Below are positions 1-9,985 of a DNA stretch of 64,000 bases, one piece after another. Position numbers and translations under genes: made by a program. The stretch's first letter is position 1. Every line of letters starts with the position of its first letter. Source of the stretch: Candidatus Moraniibacteriota bacterium (GTDB lineage Bacteria; Patescibacteriota; Minisyncoccia; Moranbacterales; JAPLXC01); assembly GCA_026396275.1 (NCBI GenBank), contig JAPLXC010000007.1, forward strand, positions 37,084-101,083, written 5' to 3'. The notes under the pieces are model-generated. The model saw only the letters and a program-made list of their open reading frames with translations. It was not told the origin of the DNA and did not search any database.

Positions 1-1080
1 GCATTCCTTCATTTGAAGCAGAAAAGGAGAATGGACCGCGGTTCCCTTGCCGTGAAGAACGTTCTCAATAATTTCCTGGCGGTTTGTGCCATAAGCCAGA
101 GCCTTGCGAACATCGTCATTGGCTAGCGCTATGTTCTTGGTCTGATTAAAAAAGACGGCAAAATATCGAGGAATGTTTAATTCATGAATGCGCGTGCTTT
201 TGGACACCTTAATTTCGGAAATTTTCTCCGGAGCAATATTTCCTATTCCTTTTATTTCCTTTTCATTGTAAGCGGAAACTGCGGCATCCTCATCCGGATA
301 GAAATTAAAAGTAATCTTTGAAATGTTGGGCTGGCCTTCGAAATAGTCCTTAAAGGCTGCAAGATTATAAGTCAGAATATTACCACTGGAATCCTTTTGC
401 AAATCAGAAAACTGATAAGGACCGGAACCGATCGGACGAAGATTGTATTCAGCCAGTGAAAATTTTTCCGGAGCAATATTTTCCCAAATATGCTTAGGCA
501 GGATTCCCATTGTTAAGTTGCGAGGAAAGCCGAAGTAGGGGCTGTTCAACGCGAAGGAAAGCGTATAGTCGTCAACCTGGCTAACTTCTACTCCCTGCCA
601 ATTCTGACGAAGAGGACTTTTGTAAGCCGGATCCTGAACAACACTTAAGGTGAAAAAGACGTCGCTCGCGTCCAGCTGCTCCCCGTCATGCCATTTTATG
701 TTTTTCCTTAGATGAACAGTGTGGGTTTTCTGATCAGAAGAAATTTCGTAGCTTTCCGCAAGATTATTAACCAAGTTCCCCTGATTATCGTACTTCAGCA
801 AACCGCTGTATATTAACTGGACCAAATCGGAATCGGCTTCGCTTGTTTGAGAAAGCAGAGGATTTACGTACATCGGCTGTCCCACAACTCCTTCTATATA
901 TTCTCCTCCTTGTTTCGGAACCTCTTGAGTAAGTCGGAAATACCAAGAGCCAATCCAGAAAAAAAGAGAGGTCACAATAATAGTCGCAAGCAACGTAACA
1001 AATGCCTTCTCTCGAAAGCTAAGGGTCTTACTGACATAGAACCAGTTAGAAGGCAGAAGAAATTTAATTTTTTCCTTGAT
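1..1080 (-). CDS. ABC transporter substrate-binding protein, family 5 (peptide/nickel; OppA/DppA-like), 3' end outside window; start codon uncertain
   Basis: Reverse-strand translation gives N-terminal signal/TM segment (AFVTLLATIIVTSLFFWIGSWYF) followed by GGEYIEGVVGQPMYVNPLL, typical of SBP_bac_5 N-terminus; no ATG/GTG found just upstream of the TM so start is unresolved. Confidence 0.55.
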   Translation of the reverse strand, partial: MKEKIKFLLPSNWFYVSKTLSFREKAFVTLLATIIVTSLFFWIGSWYFRLTQEVPKQGGEYIEGVVGQPMYVNPLLSQTSEADSDLVQLIYSGLLKYDNQGNLVNNLAESYEISSDQKTHTVHLRKNIKWHDGEQLDASDVFFTLSVVQDPAYKSPLRQNWQGVEVSQVDDYTLSFALNSPYFGFPRNLTMGILPKHIWENIAPEKFSLAEYNLRPIGSGPYQFSDLQKDSSGNILTYNLAAFKDYFEGQPNISKITFNFYPDEDAAVSAYNEKEIKGIGNIAPEKISEIKVSKSTRIHELNIPRYFAVFFNQTKNIALANDDVRKALAYGTNRQEIIENVLHGKGTAVHSPFLLQMKEC

Positions 1081-1103
1081 GCTAATATGTTTTTTCTAGA
1101 AAA

Positions 1104-1325
1104 TTAAGATCTCGCGAAAAAAACAGTGGCCACTGCCATTGCCAGAAAAAGCACAGATAATACTACCGAGAATTGAAAGAGAAATTTTTCTATTCCCCGT
1201 TTTGTGTAATAGCCCCCGAAATCACCGCCAAATGCCGCGCTTAGCCCCGACCCGCGGTTTTGAAGCAGAATGGAAACCACAAGCATAATCGCTATAACAA
1301 TCTGCGCAATTGTGAGTATTTTCAT
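1104..1325 (-). CDS. secG: preprotein translocase subunit SecG
   Basis: 73 aa, two TM segments, LLQNRGSGLSAAFGG motif characteristic of SecG. Confidence 0.6.
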   Translation of the reverse strand: MKILTIAQIVIAIMLVVSILLQNRGSGLSAAFGGDFGGYYTKRGIEKFLFQFSVVLSVLFLAMAVATVFFARS

Positions 1326-1365
1326 ACAACTAATACCCTATCACAAGTGTGCTGGGAAATCAACC

Positions 1366-2040
1366 TCAAAAAATAATTATTGCTAATTCTCCTTTTATTT
1401 CCCCTTTTTTTTCGCTAAAATACCGCTGTACTTCCTCGATACTTCCCCGGACGATCTCTTCAAACATTTTCGTAAGTTCCCGGCCGACAATTACATTTTT
1501 CTTAGTTTCCATCCGGTTGAGAAGTTCAAGATTTTTGAGCAAGCGGTGAGGCGATTCATAGTATAGTACTGGATGGCGCAAAACGGAAATTTCCCGAAAA
1601 AATGTTTCTCTTCCCTTTTTGTGAGGAGGAAATCCCATAAACGCAAACCGCTGCATATCAATTCCTGCCACGCTTACCAAGGCAGTAAGAGCCGAGGGAC
1701 CCGGAATCGGAATGGATAAAAATCCATCTTTAACCAATTCTCCAACTAACTTATTTCCTGGATCAGAAATTCCGGGAGTGCCGGAGTCCGTTACTAGGGC
1801 AATATTCTTTCCCTGGGTCAGTAAGTCCTTGAGATAATTTTCCCGTTGGCGGGAACTGTGCTGATGATAGGATATCAAGGGTTTTTGTATGTTATAATGG
1901 CGGAGAAGCTTTTGGGTCACGCGCGTGTCCTCGCAGGCAATAAGATCAACATTCTTTAAAACTTCAAGAGCCCTTAAGGTTATATCTTTTAAATTCCCTA
2001 TCGGAGTGGCAATGACGTATAATGTTCCAAAATTGTTCAT
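1366..2040 (-). CDS. rsmI: 16S rRNA (cytidine1402-2'-O)-methyltransferase RsmI (tetrapyrrole methylase family)
   Basis: YVIATPIGNLKDITLRALEVL...LIACEDTR...TDSGTPGISDPG motifs. Confidence 0.85.
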   Translation of the reverse strand: MNNFGTLYVIATPIGNLKDITLRALEVLKNVDLIACEDTRVTQKLLRHYNIQKPLISYHQHSSRQRENYLKDLLTQGKNIALVTDSGTPGISDPGNKLVGELVKDGFLSIPIPGPSALTALVSVAGIDMQRFAFMGFPPHKKGRETFFREISVLRHPVLYYESPHRLLKNLELLNRMETKKNVIVGRELTKMFEEIVRGSIEEVQRYFSEKKGEIKGELAIIIF

Positions 2041-2127
2041 TAAATTATTAACGAGTTAATGTGTTAACGAGTTATTTTTATTAACCCGTTAATTCGTGAA
2101 CCCGTTAACTGGATAATTTTTTAATAT

Positions 2128-2583
2128 ATGCTTTTAGCTACTCACGCTCTTACCGGTGCGATTATCGGGAAAAACATAGCGAGCTCCTGGCTGGTAATTA
2201 TTTTTTCCCTGATACTGCATTACGTTCTGGATATTTTTCGCCACGGGGAATACTTGAACCGAAATTCCCGCTGGATCGAATTCTGGAAAGTGCTGGCCGA
2301 TCTGGCAGTAGGATCTTCAATTCTTGCGCTAGTAATTTATTTTTTAAATCCTCCGGCGGCAGTGACAAAAAATATGCTAATTGGCGCTCTTTTTTCAATG
2401 TTTCCCGACTTTTTCTCCCTTATGTATTTTAAGTTCAATGTCGGATTTCTCAAAAAACTATTTGATTTTCATGTCTGGATCCACCGCTACCCGCCGCTTT
2501 CTCCTGAGAGGGAATGGAATTTAAGAAACGCATTTAATGATATTATCGTTTCAATAACTGCTATTATACTTTTAATAGTTTAA
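2128..2583 (+). CDS. hypothetical membrane protein
   Basis: 151 aa, several hydrophobic helices; divergent from rsmI across a GTTAA-repeat region. Confidence 0.4.
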   Translation: MLLATHALTGAIIGKNIASSWLVIIFSLILHYVLDIFRHGEYLNRNSRWIEFWKVLADLAVGSSILALVIYFLNPPAAVTKNMLIGALFSMFPDFFSLMYFKFNVGFLKKLFDFHVWIHRYPPLSPEREWNLRNAFNDIIVSITAIILLIV

Positions 2584-2652
2584 TGCAAAGTGAAAATCTC
2601 AAATTGCTTTTTATATTGTCATTTTGATTTTTGATATTTGATTTTTGATTTT

Positions 2653-5502
2653 TTATAAATACTTCGCTGTCCAGCTTTTTTTGCATTTCTTTAATTTATC
2701 AGGCGTTCCTTCATAGACAATTTCTCCGCCTTTTTCTCCCCCGTCCGGCCCCAGTTCAATCACCCAATCGGCATTGCGGACAACGTCAAGATTGTGCTCC
2801 ACCACCAGAACCGTGTTGCCTCTTTCCACCAGCGCGTCCAAAACGCTAAGAAGGCGTTTAGTATCATCAAAGTGGAGTCCGACCGTGGGCTCATCCAGAA
2901 TATAAAGAGTTTTTCCGGTAGATTTTCTCGCCAGTTCGGCCGCCAGCTTGATCCGCTGCGCTTCCCCGCCGGAAAGATTGGTGGCGCTTTGGCCCAGCTT
3001 GAGATATCCCAGTCCCACTTTCTCCATTATCTCCAGCTTTTCGGCAATAAGCGGATAATCGCTGAAAAAGTTAAGGGCAAAACTTACATCCATATCCAAC
3101 ACTTCAGCAATATTGAACCCCCTGAACTCAACATCCAGGGTCTTTTTGCTGTACCGAGTGCCATCGCAGGCCTCGCACTTGATGTACATGTCCGGCAAAA
3201 GATACATTTCAATTTTATTCATTCCCTCTCCCTGGCAGACCTCGCAGCGCCCGCCTTTCATATTAAAACTGAACCGGCTGGCGGCGTAACCCCGAGAGCG
3301 AGCTTCTTCCGTTCCGGCAAAGAGGTCGCGAATTTGAGAAAACACACCGGTGTAGGTGGCGGCATTGGAGCGGGGAGTTCTTCCGATCGGGCTCTGATCA
3401 ACACTGATTACTTTATCAATGGCGCTTATTCCCTGTACGTCTTTATGCTTTCCTGGCTCATCTTTGGCCTTATAGAAATAACGGGCAAGAGCTTTAGCTA
3501 GAATATCTTGAACCAGGGTTGATTTTCCCGATCCCGAGACCCCGCAGATAACCACAAATTTTTCCAATGGAATTTTAACATCAATGTTTTTGAGATTGTG
3601 CTCGCTAGCCTTAATGACTTCAAGTGTTTTTTTGCTTCCTTTCCGATAATCTTCTTTTTCGCAGACCTTCTTTCTTCCGACCAAATAAGCAGCGGTAAGA
3701 GTTTTCGATTGGAGAAGTTTATCTAGTGTTCCCTCAAACACTACGGTCCCCCCATTTTCTCCTGCTCCCGGCCCCATATCAATAATCCAGTCGGCGGCGC
3801 GAATGATGTTTTCGTCATGTTCCACAATCAGCAAGGAATTGCCAGCGTCCCGCAGTGACTTCATAGTCGCCACCAATTTGTCGGTATCGCGGTTATGAAG
3901 TCCGATGGATGGCTCGTCTAAAATATAAGTAATTCCCATGAGACGAGAATTTATTTGCGCTGCGAGGCGAATTCTTTGGGCTTCTCCGCCGGAAATCGTC
4001 TGGGCGCTTCGCGCCAAATTCAGATACTCCAAACCGACATTTTCCAGCGACTCTAGTCGTCTTATCATTTCACGAACCAAGGGCTTGGCAATTTTTCTTT
4101 CCCGATTTTCAGCTTTCCACTGATTACTGTTTGCCAAAAAACGCTTAAGCCGCACCATGTCAAGATTTACTACTTCATCAATCGAACGTTCATCAATAAG
4201 AACAGAAAGATACACTTTTCTTAAGCGTTTTCCTTCGCAGATAGGGCACTGCTGGGAAACCATGTACTTTTCCATTTCGGCTTTCAGAAAATCAGATTTC
4301 GTTTCTTGGTATTTTCTCTCCAGGCCGGGAATAACTCCTTCAAATGGGATCAGAACTGAAGAAACTCCTCCTAAATCGTACTCCCTTCGTTCGGCAATCA
4401 GCTCATCCTTGTCTCCAAAAAGAATGATATCCAGATGCTTGGAAGAAAGCTTTTTCACAGGAACATTGACGGAAAAGCCATATATTTTCGCCAAGGATTT
4501 TAAAACGGAGAGATGATTCGTCTGGCTGTTCATTTTTCCTCCGGCTTTGCTCCAGGGCTGAATAGCTCCTTCGGAAAGTGACAGATTTTTATTGGGAATA
4601 ATTAGATCCGGGTTTATCTTGAGCACAAATCCCAATCCGGAACATTGCAGACAGGCCCCTTCCGGGTTGTTAAAAGAAAAGTGGCGAGGAGTGAGTTCCC
4701 GCAGCGCAGTGCCGCACTGCCGGCAAAGAAAGTCCTGATTGTAAGTTTTTTCTTTACTGTTATCAATTACAACAAGAGTTGATCCCTTTCCCAGTTTCAT
4801 AGCCGTTTCAATCGAATCCACGATTCGCTCCCGATCCGGATTTTTTCGGTCAAGGATAATTCTATCGACCACAATCTCGATATCAGCAGGAATTTTATCA
4901 CTGGCAATCAGCAAGGCCTCAGGTGCTCCCATCACTTTTTTGTTAAAGCGCACTCGGGCATAACCGGCTTGTTGAATACCGCGCAGTATCTCTTTGGAAT
5001 TTTTATTTTTGTCCAATGGTTTAGCTAAAATCATAATGTGGCTCCGGTGGGGCAGCGGCAGAATCTCGTCCAGAATTTCCTGATTGCTTTTTTTCTGCAT
5101 CAGCGTTCCGCACTCGGGGCAATGGGGTTTTCCGATTTTGGCAAAAAGAATTCGCAGATAATCGTAAATTTCCGTGAGCGTTCCCACAGTGGAGCGCGGG
5201 CTGCGGCTGATTGACCGCTGATCAATGGCAATGGTGGGGCTCAGGTTCTCGATCTTATCAACATCGGGCTTGACGGAGGCATCCAAAAAATTGCGCGCGT
5301 AAGAAGAAATCCCTTCCATATAGCGGCGATTGCCTTCGGTAAAAATTGTGTCGAAAGCCAAAGAGGATTTTCCCGAACCGGAAAGTCCTGTGATTATTAC
5401 CAGTTTGTCGCGGGGAATGTCGACATCAATATTCTTCAGGTTGTTCACCCGCGCACCCCGAACCAGAATTTTGTCCCTTTGGCTTGAACTTTTTTTTGCC
5501 AT
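2653..5502 (-). CDS. uvrA: excinuclease ABC subunit A
   Basis: 949 aa, two ABC ATPase modules ([26 protein letters not shown]), zinc-finger cysteines, LSGGE signature x2. Confidence 0.95.
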   Translation of the reverse strand: MAKKSSSQRDKILVRGARVNNLKNIDVDIPRDKLVIITGLSGSGKSSLAFDTIFTEGNRRYMEGISSYARNFLDASVKPDVDKIENLSPTIAIDQRSISRSPRSTVGTLTEIYDYLRILFAKIGKPHCPECGTLMQKKSNQEILDEILPLPHRSHIMILAKPLDKNKNSKEILRGIQQAGYARVRFNKKVMGAPEALLIASDKIPADIEIVVDRIILDRKNPDRERIVDSIETAMKLGKGSTLVVIDNSKEKTYNQDFLCRQCGTALRELTPRHFSFNNPEGACLQCSGLGFVLKINPDLIIPNKNLSLSEGAIQPWSKAGGKMNSQTNHLSVLKSLAKIYGFSVNVPVKKLSSKHLDIILFGDKDELIAERREYDLGGVSSVLIPFEGVIPGLERKYQETKSDFLKAEMEKYMVSQQCPICEGKRLRKVYLSVLIDERSIDEVVNLDMVRLKRFLANSNQWKAENRERKIAKPLVREMIRRLESLENVGLEYLNLARSAQTISGGEAQRIRLAAQINSRLMGITYILDEPSIGLHNRDTDKLVATMKSLRDAGNSLLIVEHDENIIRAADWIIDMGPGAGENGGTVVFEGTLDKLLQSKTLTAAYLVGRKKVCEKEDYRKGSKKTLEVIKASEHNLKNIDVKIPLEKFVVICGVSGSGKSTLVQDILAKALARYFYKAKDEPGKHKDVQGISAIDKVISVDQSPIGRTPRSNAATYTGVFSQIRDLFAGTEEARSRGYAASRFSFNMKGGRCEVCQGEGMNKIEMYLLPDMYIKCEACDGTRYSKKTLDVEFRGFNIAEVLDMDVSFALNFFSDYPLIAEKLEIMEKVGLGYLKLGQSATNLSGGEAQRIKLAAELARKSTGKTLYILDEPTVGLHFDDTKRLLSVLDALVERGNTVLVVEHNLDVVRNADWVIELGPDGGEKGGEIVYEGTPDKLKKCKKSWTAKYL

Positions 5503-6036
5503 TTGAGAGGAAAGTACACCCCCACATCAATTCCAGGAAAACCCGAGATAATTTAAAGTCATAAGTCGAAGCCGCTTATCGGCTTTAGTAATCGATTACT
5601 AAAGGTCTTTATAAGAATTGGTGTGGAGGTAAATAAATCACGCTAATTGTAAATGGTAAAGGATTTTTAGGGATTTGTAAAGACCTGAATTCCGGACATA
5701 GACAAGTTACGTCCAAATAAATAATATTAACCCCGGAGCAAGCTCTGGACTTTATTTGCGCAGTTCCGCTGCAGCTTGAGAGAAGAAGAAAGCAATCGAG
5801 AGCGAATTAGATCAGATGAGACTCAAACTTCAGCAACTTAAAGTCATTTTTGACACGATTACAGTTCCAACTCAGCAATGAGCTACCCGTCCAGGCAGGA
5901 GTAATAAGTTCAAACTTATCTCCTGCTTTTTTATTTCTAAATCAGTTTGTAGTTTACTTTTCTAGCTATGGCTAGAAAAGTAAACTAATCGCGGATTGGA
6001 AGTTATTAATAAAATTAATTATGCTATAATTTCCTT

Positions 6037-6258
6037 ATGAGAACCAAAAAAATCAAAGCTCCTGCCCGCAATGTAACCCATAATAAAAACCAGCAAAAAC
6101 CATTAACTGAAATGGATACTGATGAAATTTTAGAAGCATACGGGCATAGCGTTGCAGGCGGGGAAAAACGCGAGATTAAAAAACGAAAGAAAATGATGGT
6201 TTCCGGCAAAAGCGTGTTTAAAATCAAGGAAATTATTGACAAAAAATCGAAGAACTGA
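6037..6258 (+). CDS. hypothetical lysine-rich small protein
   Basis: 73 aa, TATAAT box about 16 nt upstream; no recognisable family. Confidence 0.3.
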   Translation: MRTKKIKAPARNVTHNKNQQKPLTEMDTDEILEAYGHSVAGGEKREIKKRKKMMVSGKSVFKIKEIIDKKSKN

Positions 6259-6331
6259 TAAGCTTTTATTACAACTTAGAAAGTCCCGATTCGCTTCGCT
6301 CCGATGTTGCGTCGGAGATAAGGCGAAATAA

Positions 6332-6364
6332 TCCATCAAAAGGGCTTTCTTTGGTGGATATTTT
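6332..6364 (+). terminator. hairpin (10-bp stem, 1 mismatch) followed by T-rich tract downstream of 6037..6258
   Basis: atccatcaaaagggctttctttggtggat then attttaata. Confidence 0.4.
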
Positions 6365-6437
6365 AATAACAAAACTTGAAGCTTGAAACGTAAAAATAAA
6401 TTTGTTTCATGTTTTATGTTACATGTTACATGAACTA

Positions 6438-6884
6438 ATGCTCTACGAACTTTGTTACCTCGTCGGTGAATCCAATGAGCCCAAACTGGAAGAAATAAAA
6501 AAGGAAGTGGCAGCTATCGTCACCCAGACAGGAGGCATTTTTCAGGAACCCCAAATTATTGAAAAAAGAAAAATGTCTTATAAAATAAAAGGACAGTTTC
6601 GGGGAACATACGCTGCCCAGCGTTTTGAAATACCGGAAAAAGATTTTTCTGAACAAAAGCCCGGGGAGGCAAATGCTATCCAGGCCATAACCAAAAAGCT
6701 GAATCTTGACCAGAACATCCTTCGCTTTATTATCGTAAAAACCGATGATCTTCCTGAACTTAGGCCGAAGGAAATTGCTCCCAGAGAAAAAGTAGTCGCT
6801 GCACCGGTCAAAAGAAAAGATAAGGAGAAAACCGCGCCGGCTAAAAGCATTGACGAGAAATTAGAGGAAATTTTAAACATATAA
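6438..6884 (+). CDS. rpsF: 30S ribosomal protein S6
   Basis: MLYELCYLV...AAIVTQTGGIF...ILRFIIVKTDD matches bS6; ORF-track start at 6402 lies inside an upstream palindromic repeat, the third ATG (6438) fits the S6 N-terminus. Confidence 0.85.
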   Translation: MLYELCYLVGESNEPKLEEIKKEVAAIVTQTGGIFQEPQIIEKRKMSYKIKGQFRGTYAAQRFEIPEKDFSEQKPGEANAIQAITKKLNLDQNILRFIIVKTDDLPELRPKEIAPREKVVAAPVKRKDKEKTAPAKSIDEKLEEILNI

Positions 6885-6955
6885 TTCACAAAACATGAAA
6901 CATGAAACATGAAACAATTAATGTTACATGTTGTATGCTACATGTTATATGACGT

Positions 6956-7408
6956 ATGAACGTCAACAAAGCAATCTTAGTCGGCCGCTTAACCCGCGAT
7001 CCCGACATCCGCACCACTCAATCCGGACAAACCGTGGTCACGATAGGGCTGGCCACCAACACTTTCTGGACCGACAAAAGCGGCCAGAAACAGGAAAGGA
7101 CAGAATTTCACAATGTTGTTTTGTGGGGACGCCTCGCCGAAATTGCCGGCCAATATCTGACCAAAGGGCAGGAGGCCTATTTTGAAGGTCGTCTTCAAAC
7201 CAGAACCTACACCGGCAAAGACGGCGTGGAGCGAAGAGCAACTGAAATTATCGCCGAGAATATGCAGCTGGGCAGCCGTCCGCGAGGGGAAGGTGTGTCT
7301 CCGTCCTCTGCCGCTGCGGCGCAAAAAAAAGAACTGACTGAAGAAATCCCCACTATCAACCTTGACGAAGAGCAGGGAGAAGTGAAAATTGAGAATGTCC
7401 CGTTTTAA
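6956..7408 (+). CDS. ssb: single-stranded DNA-binding protein
   Basis: MNVNKAILVGRLTRDP...HNVVLWGRLAE OB-fold motifs and acidic C-terminal tail ending NLDEEQGEVKIENVPF. Confidence 0.9.
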   Translation: MNVNKAILVGRLTRDPDIRTTQSGQTVVTIGLATNTFWTDKSGQKQERTEFHNVVLWGRLAEIAGQYLTKGQEAYFEGRLQTRTYTGKDGVERRATEIIAENMQLGSRPRGEGVSPSSAAAAQKKELTEEIPTINLDEEQGEVKIENVPF

Positions 7409-7493
7409 TAACTATCCTCGCATGCGACATATAGCATAAAACACGCAATAATGGAGAATGTTTTATGTTACATATTTCGTGTTACGTGAAAAT

Positions 7494-7700
7494 ATGGAAG
7501 CAAAAATCTGCCACTTTTGCGATCAAAAGATGGATAAAATCGACTATAAAGACGCCTACCTTTTGCGCCGGTTTATGAATTCGCAGGGGAAAATCTATCC
7601 GCCCCGCCGGCACGGAACGTGCTCCAAACACCAGCGAACTCTGGTTCGGGCTATCAAAAGAGCCAGAATTATGGCATTGGTGCCGTTTACAGTTAAGTAA
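7494..7700 (+). CDS. rpsR: 30S ribosomal protein S18
   Basis: MEAKICHFCDQK...YLLRRFMNSQGKI...RAIKRARIMALVPF; true start is the internal ATG at 7494. Confidence 0.9.
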   Translation: MEAKICHFCDQKMDKIDYKDAYLLRRFMNSQGKIYPPRRHGTCSKHQRTLVRAIKRARIMALVPFTVK

Positions 7701-7772
7701 AATCATGAAACATAAAACACGAAACATGTAACAATAAGTTACAAATGTTTTATGTTGTATGCTACATGGAAT

Positions 7773-8330
7773 ATGTTGGGTATTTCTGAAATCAAAACCG
7801 GAAAAAACATTGTCCTAGACGGCGAGCCATACGCTGTGCTTTATCACGAACATTCCAAAATCGGGCGAGCCGGAGCGGTACTGCGCACTAAAATAAAAAA
7901 TCTGGTGACCGGCGCAGTACTTGAAAAAACTTTCCAAGGAGCAGATAAAGTTGAAGAGGCGGACATTAGCAAATCCAAAGCGCAGTATTTATATAGAGAA
8001 GGAAATAGTTATTTTTTTATGGATACTGAAAGTTATGATCAATTTTCATTGCCGGATAAAGTATTGGAAAACGCAGTAAATTACCTCATTGAAGGAACCG
8101 AAGTTACCATTCTCAATTTCAACGAAAATTCCATAAATGCGGAACTGCCGATAAAAATGAAACTGAAAGTTGTCGATGCTCCGCCGGGAATCAAAGGCGA
8201 CACAGCTTCCTCGGGCGGAAAATCAGTAACCGTGGAGACGGGAATGAAAGTAACCACTCCTCTTTTTGTTAAGGCCGGTGATGAAATAATAGTAAACACT
8301 GAAACGGGAGAATATGTCTCCCGGGCATGA
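7773..8330 (+). CDS. efp: elongation factor P (Arg-type loop: SKIGRAGA)
   Basis: KTGKNIVLDGEPYAVL...three-domain length; Arg at the position equivalent to E. coli Lys34. Confidence 0.9.
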   Translation: MLGISEIKTGKNIVLDGEPYAVLYHEHSKIGRAGAVLRTKIKNLVTGAVLEKTFQGADKVEEADISKSKAQYLYREGNSYFFMDTESYDQFSLPDKVLENAVNYLIEGTEVTILNFNENSINAELPIKMKLKVVDAPPGIKGDTASSGGKSVTVETGMKVTTPLFVKAGDEIIVNTETGEYVSRA

Positions 8331-8682
8331 GTTATTCTTTACGAATTACGACGTAAAGTCGCGTGGCGACCACGTCGCTTTACACGAATCAATTACGAAT
8401 ATACTAATTCTTCAATCAGATATTCATATATTTGCCCGCCTGCTGTGAAATTCCTTAAAACTAGTACTGACTCAATAAATTTCTGTTAATAACAAATTTG
8501 TAGAATTTTATTACGGCAGCATTTCGAGCAGGTACGAAATTAATAATTAGTAAACCATTAAAAAAGACGAAGTATGTTACTCCGCCTTTTTTTATTTTCA
8601 AGCGAAGCGAGTGAAATGAAAATTTATTTTCATTTCCGAGCGAGCGCTGAAAAATTTATTTTTTGTCTGGCAGTTCTCGTTT

Positions 8683-8757
8683 TTATATTATCCCTATCTG
8701 GCCGAATAGCGTCATGGCCAAAAGAGGCGTCAGCGCTATAAGCACAGCGAGATTCAT
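8683..8757 (-). CDS. putative 24-aa hydrophobic peptide (MNLAVLIALTPLLAMTLFGQIGII)
   Basis: Strong SD (aaaggaggaa) 6 nt upstream of ATG; lies just downstream of recA terminator; below ORF-track length cutoff. Confidence 0.25.
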   Translation of the reverse strand: MNLAVLIALTPLLAMTLFGQIGII

Positions 8758-8852
8758 TTCCTCCTTTTCTTTCTCCTCCTGCTCCCTCCTTTCGCAATGA
8801 GGGCATTTATCGGTTGTTGGCTCCATAGTATTGGGAATTAATAATTAAAAGC

Positions 8853-8878
8853 AAAAAACGGGCTGCCACCCGTTTTTT
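8853..8878 (-). terminator. rho-independent terminator downstream of recA (A-run/T-run flanked hairpin, potentially bidirectional)
   Basis: aaaaaacgggctgccacccgtttttt. Confidence 0.6.
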
Positions 8879-8933
8879 AAGCTCTTTATAGAGATTATAG
8901 CAGATTTTTAGCAGGTTGTCAATAATGGAACTT

Positions 8934-9941
8934 CTATCCTTTGGCTTTCTGGATAACGCTTTTTTCTACGTCTTTGATAATTTTCGGATTTTCTTTCAGG
9001 AACTGCTTGGCATTTTCCCTTCCGGTCCCCAGTTTTACTCCTTCAAACATATAAGAATTTCCTGTTTTTTTAATTATTTCGTATTTCACTCCGGTATCAA
9101 CCAGATCCCCCGTTTGGGAAATTCCTTCATTATACATAATATCAAATTCGGTTGTTCTGAATGGAGGAGCTACTTTATTTTTCACCACTTTGGCTTTAAC
9201 GCGGTTGCCCACTACTTCATCCCCTTTTTTGATTTGGGCCGAGCGCCTTACTTCGATCCGGACTGATGAATAAAATTTCAGGGCTTGCCCGCCGGTAGTT
9301 GTTTCTGGATTGCCGAACATTATGCCGATCTTCATCCGGATTTGATTAATAAAAATTACAAGTGTATTTGATTTAGCGATAATGGCGGTTAGTTTGCGAA
9401 GGGCTTGGGACATGAGGCGTGCTTGTCTTCCAATGTGCAGGTCACCCATCTCTCCTTCAATTTCAGCCCGCGGGACCAGAGCCGCTACCGAGTCAATCAC
9501 TATCACATCCACCGCGCCGGAACGGACCAGGGTTTCCACGATATCCAACGCCTGCTCTCCGGTATCCGGCTGGGATATCAAAAGATCGTTAATCTCCACT
9601 CCGATCTTTTTCGCGTATTCCGGATCCAGCGCGTGCTCTGCATCAATAAAAGCTGCCGCTCCGTCCGCTTTTTGGGCATTAGCAATAATGTGAAGAGCGA
9701 GAGTTGTTTTTCCCGACGACTCCGGCCCGTAAATTTCAATTACTCGTCCCCGGGGAACTCCCCCGATTCCCAATGCAATATCCAAGGATATTGAGCCGGT
9801 AGGAATGGCTTCCACATCCACTTTGCGGGCGTCACCCAATTTCATAATCATTCCCTCCCCGAATTTTTCCTTAATTTCCTCCATTACCTTGTCAACTTCT
9901 TTTTCCAAGCCCCTATCATGAATTTTTTGTCCTTTTGGCAT
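8934..9941 (-). CDS. recA: recombinase RecA
   Basis: [13 protein letters not shown] Walker A, full-length RecA conservation. Confidence 0.95.
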   Translation of the reverse strand: MPKGQKIHDRGLEKEVDKVMEEIKEKFGEGMIMKLGDARKVDVEAIPTGSISLDIALGIGGVPRGRVIEIYGPESSGKTTLALHIIANAQKADGAAAFIDAEHALDPEYAKKIGVEINDLLISQPDTGEQALDIVETLVRSGAVDVIVIDSVAALVPRAEIEGEMGDLHIGRQARLMSQALRKLTAIIAKSNTLVIFINQIRMKIGIMFGNPETTTGGQALKFYSSVRIEVRRSAQIKKGDEVVGNRVKAKVVKNKVAPPFRTTEFDIMYNEGISQTGDLVDTGVKYEIIKKTGNSYMFEGVKLGTGRENAKQFLKENPKIIKDVEKSVIQKAKG

Positions 9942-9985
9942 ATGTTTATTGAATAGTTAGATGATTAATTATGTTATTTAGTCCG

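Noticed and set aside
847-1107. 86-aa plus-strand ORF at the 5' end
   Set aside because: Antisense to the substrate-binding protein gene whose SBP_bac_5-like N-terminus is clear on the minus strand.
2794-4516. Plus-strand ORFs (235 aa, 61 aa, 119 aa) inside uvrA
   Set aside because: Antisense to a well-conserved full-length uvrA; no motifs; typical shadow ORFs.
5503-6036. Possible tmRNA / SRP RNA / RNase P RNA in the uvrA-upstream gap
   Set aside because: No T-arm, no GGAAGCAGCC-type SRP motif, no RNase P P4 motifs recognisable by eye; left as unclassified non-coding region.
6402-6437. Upstream ATG starts for rpsF (and similarly 7458 for rpsR, 7752 for efp)
   Set aside because: These ATGs are CATG cores of the palindromic repeat element; protein homology begins at the later ATG in each case.
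9382-9794. Plus-strand ORFs inside recA
   Set aside because: Antisense shadow ORFs.
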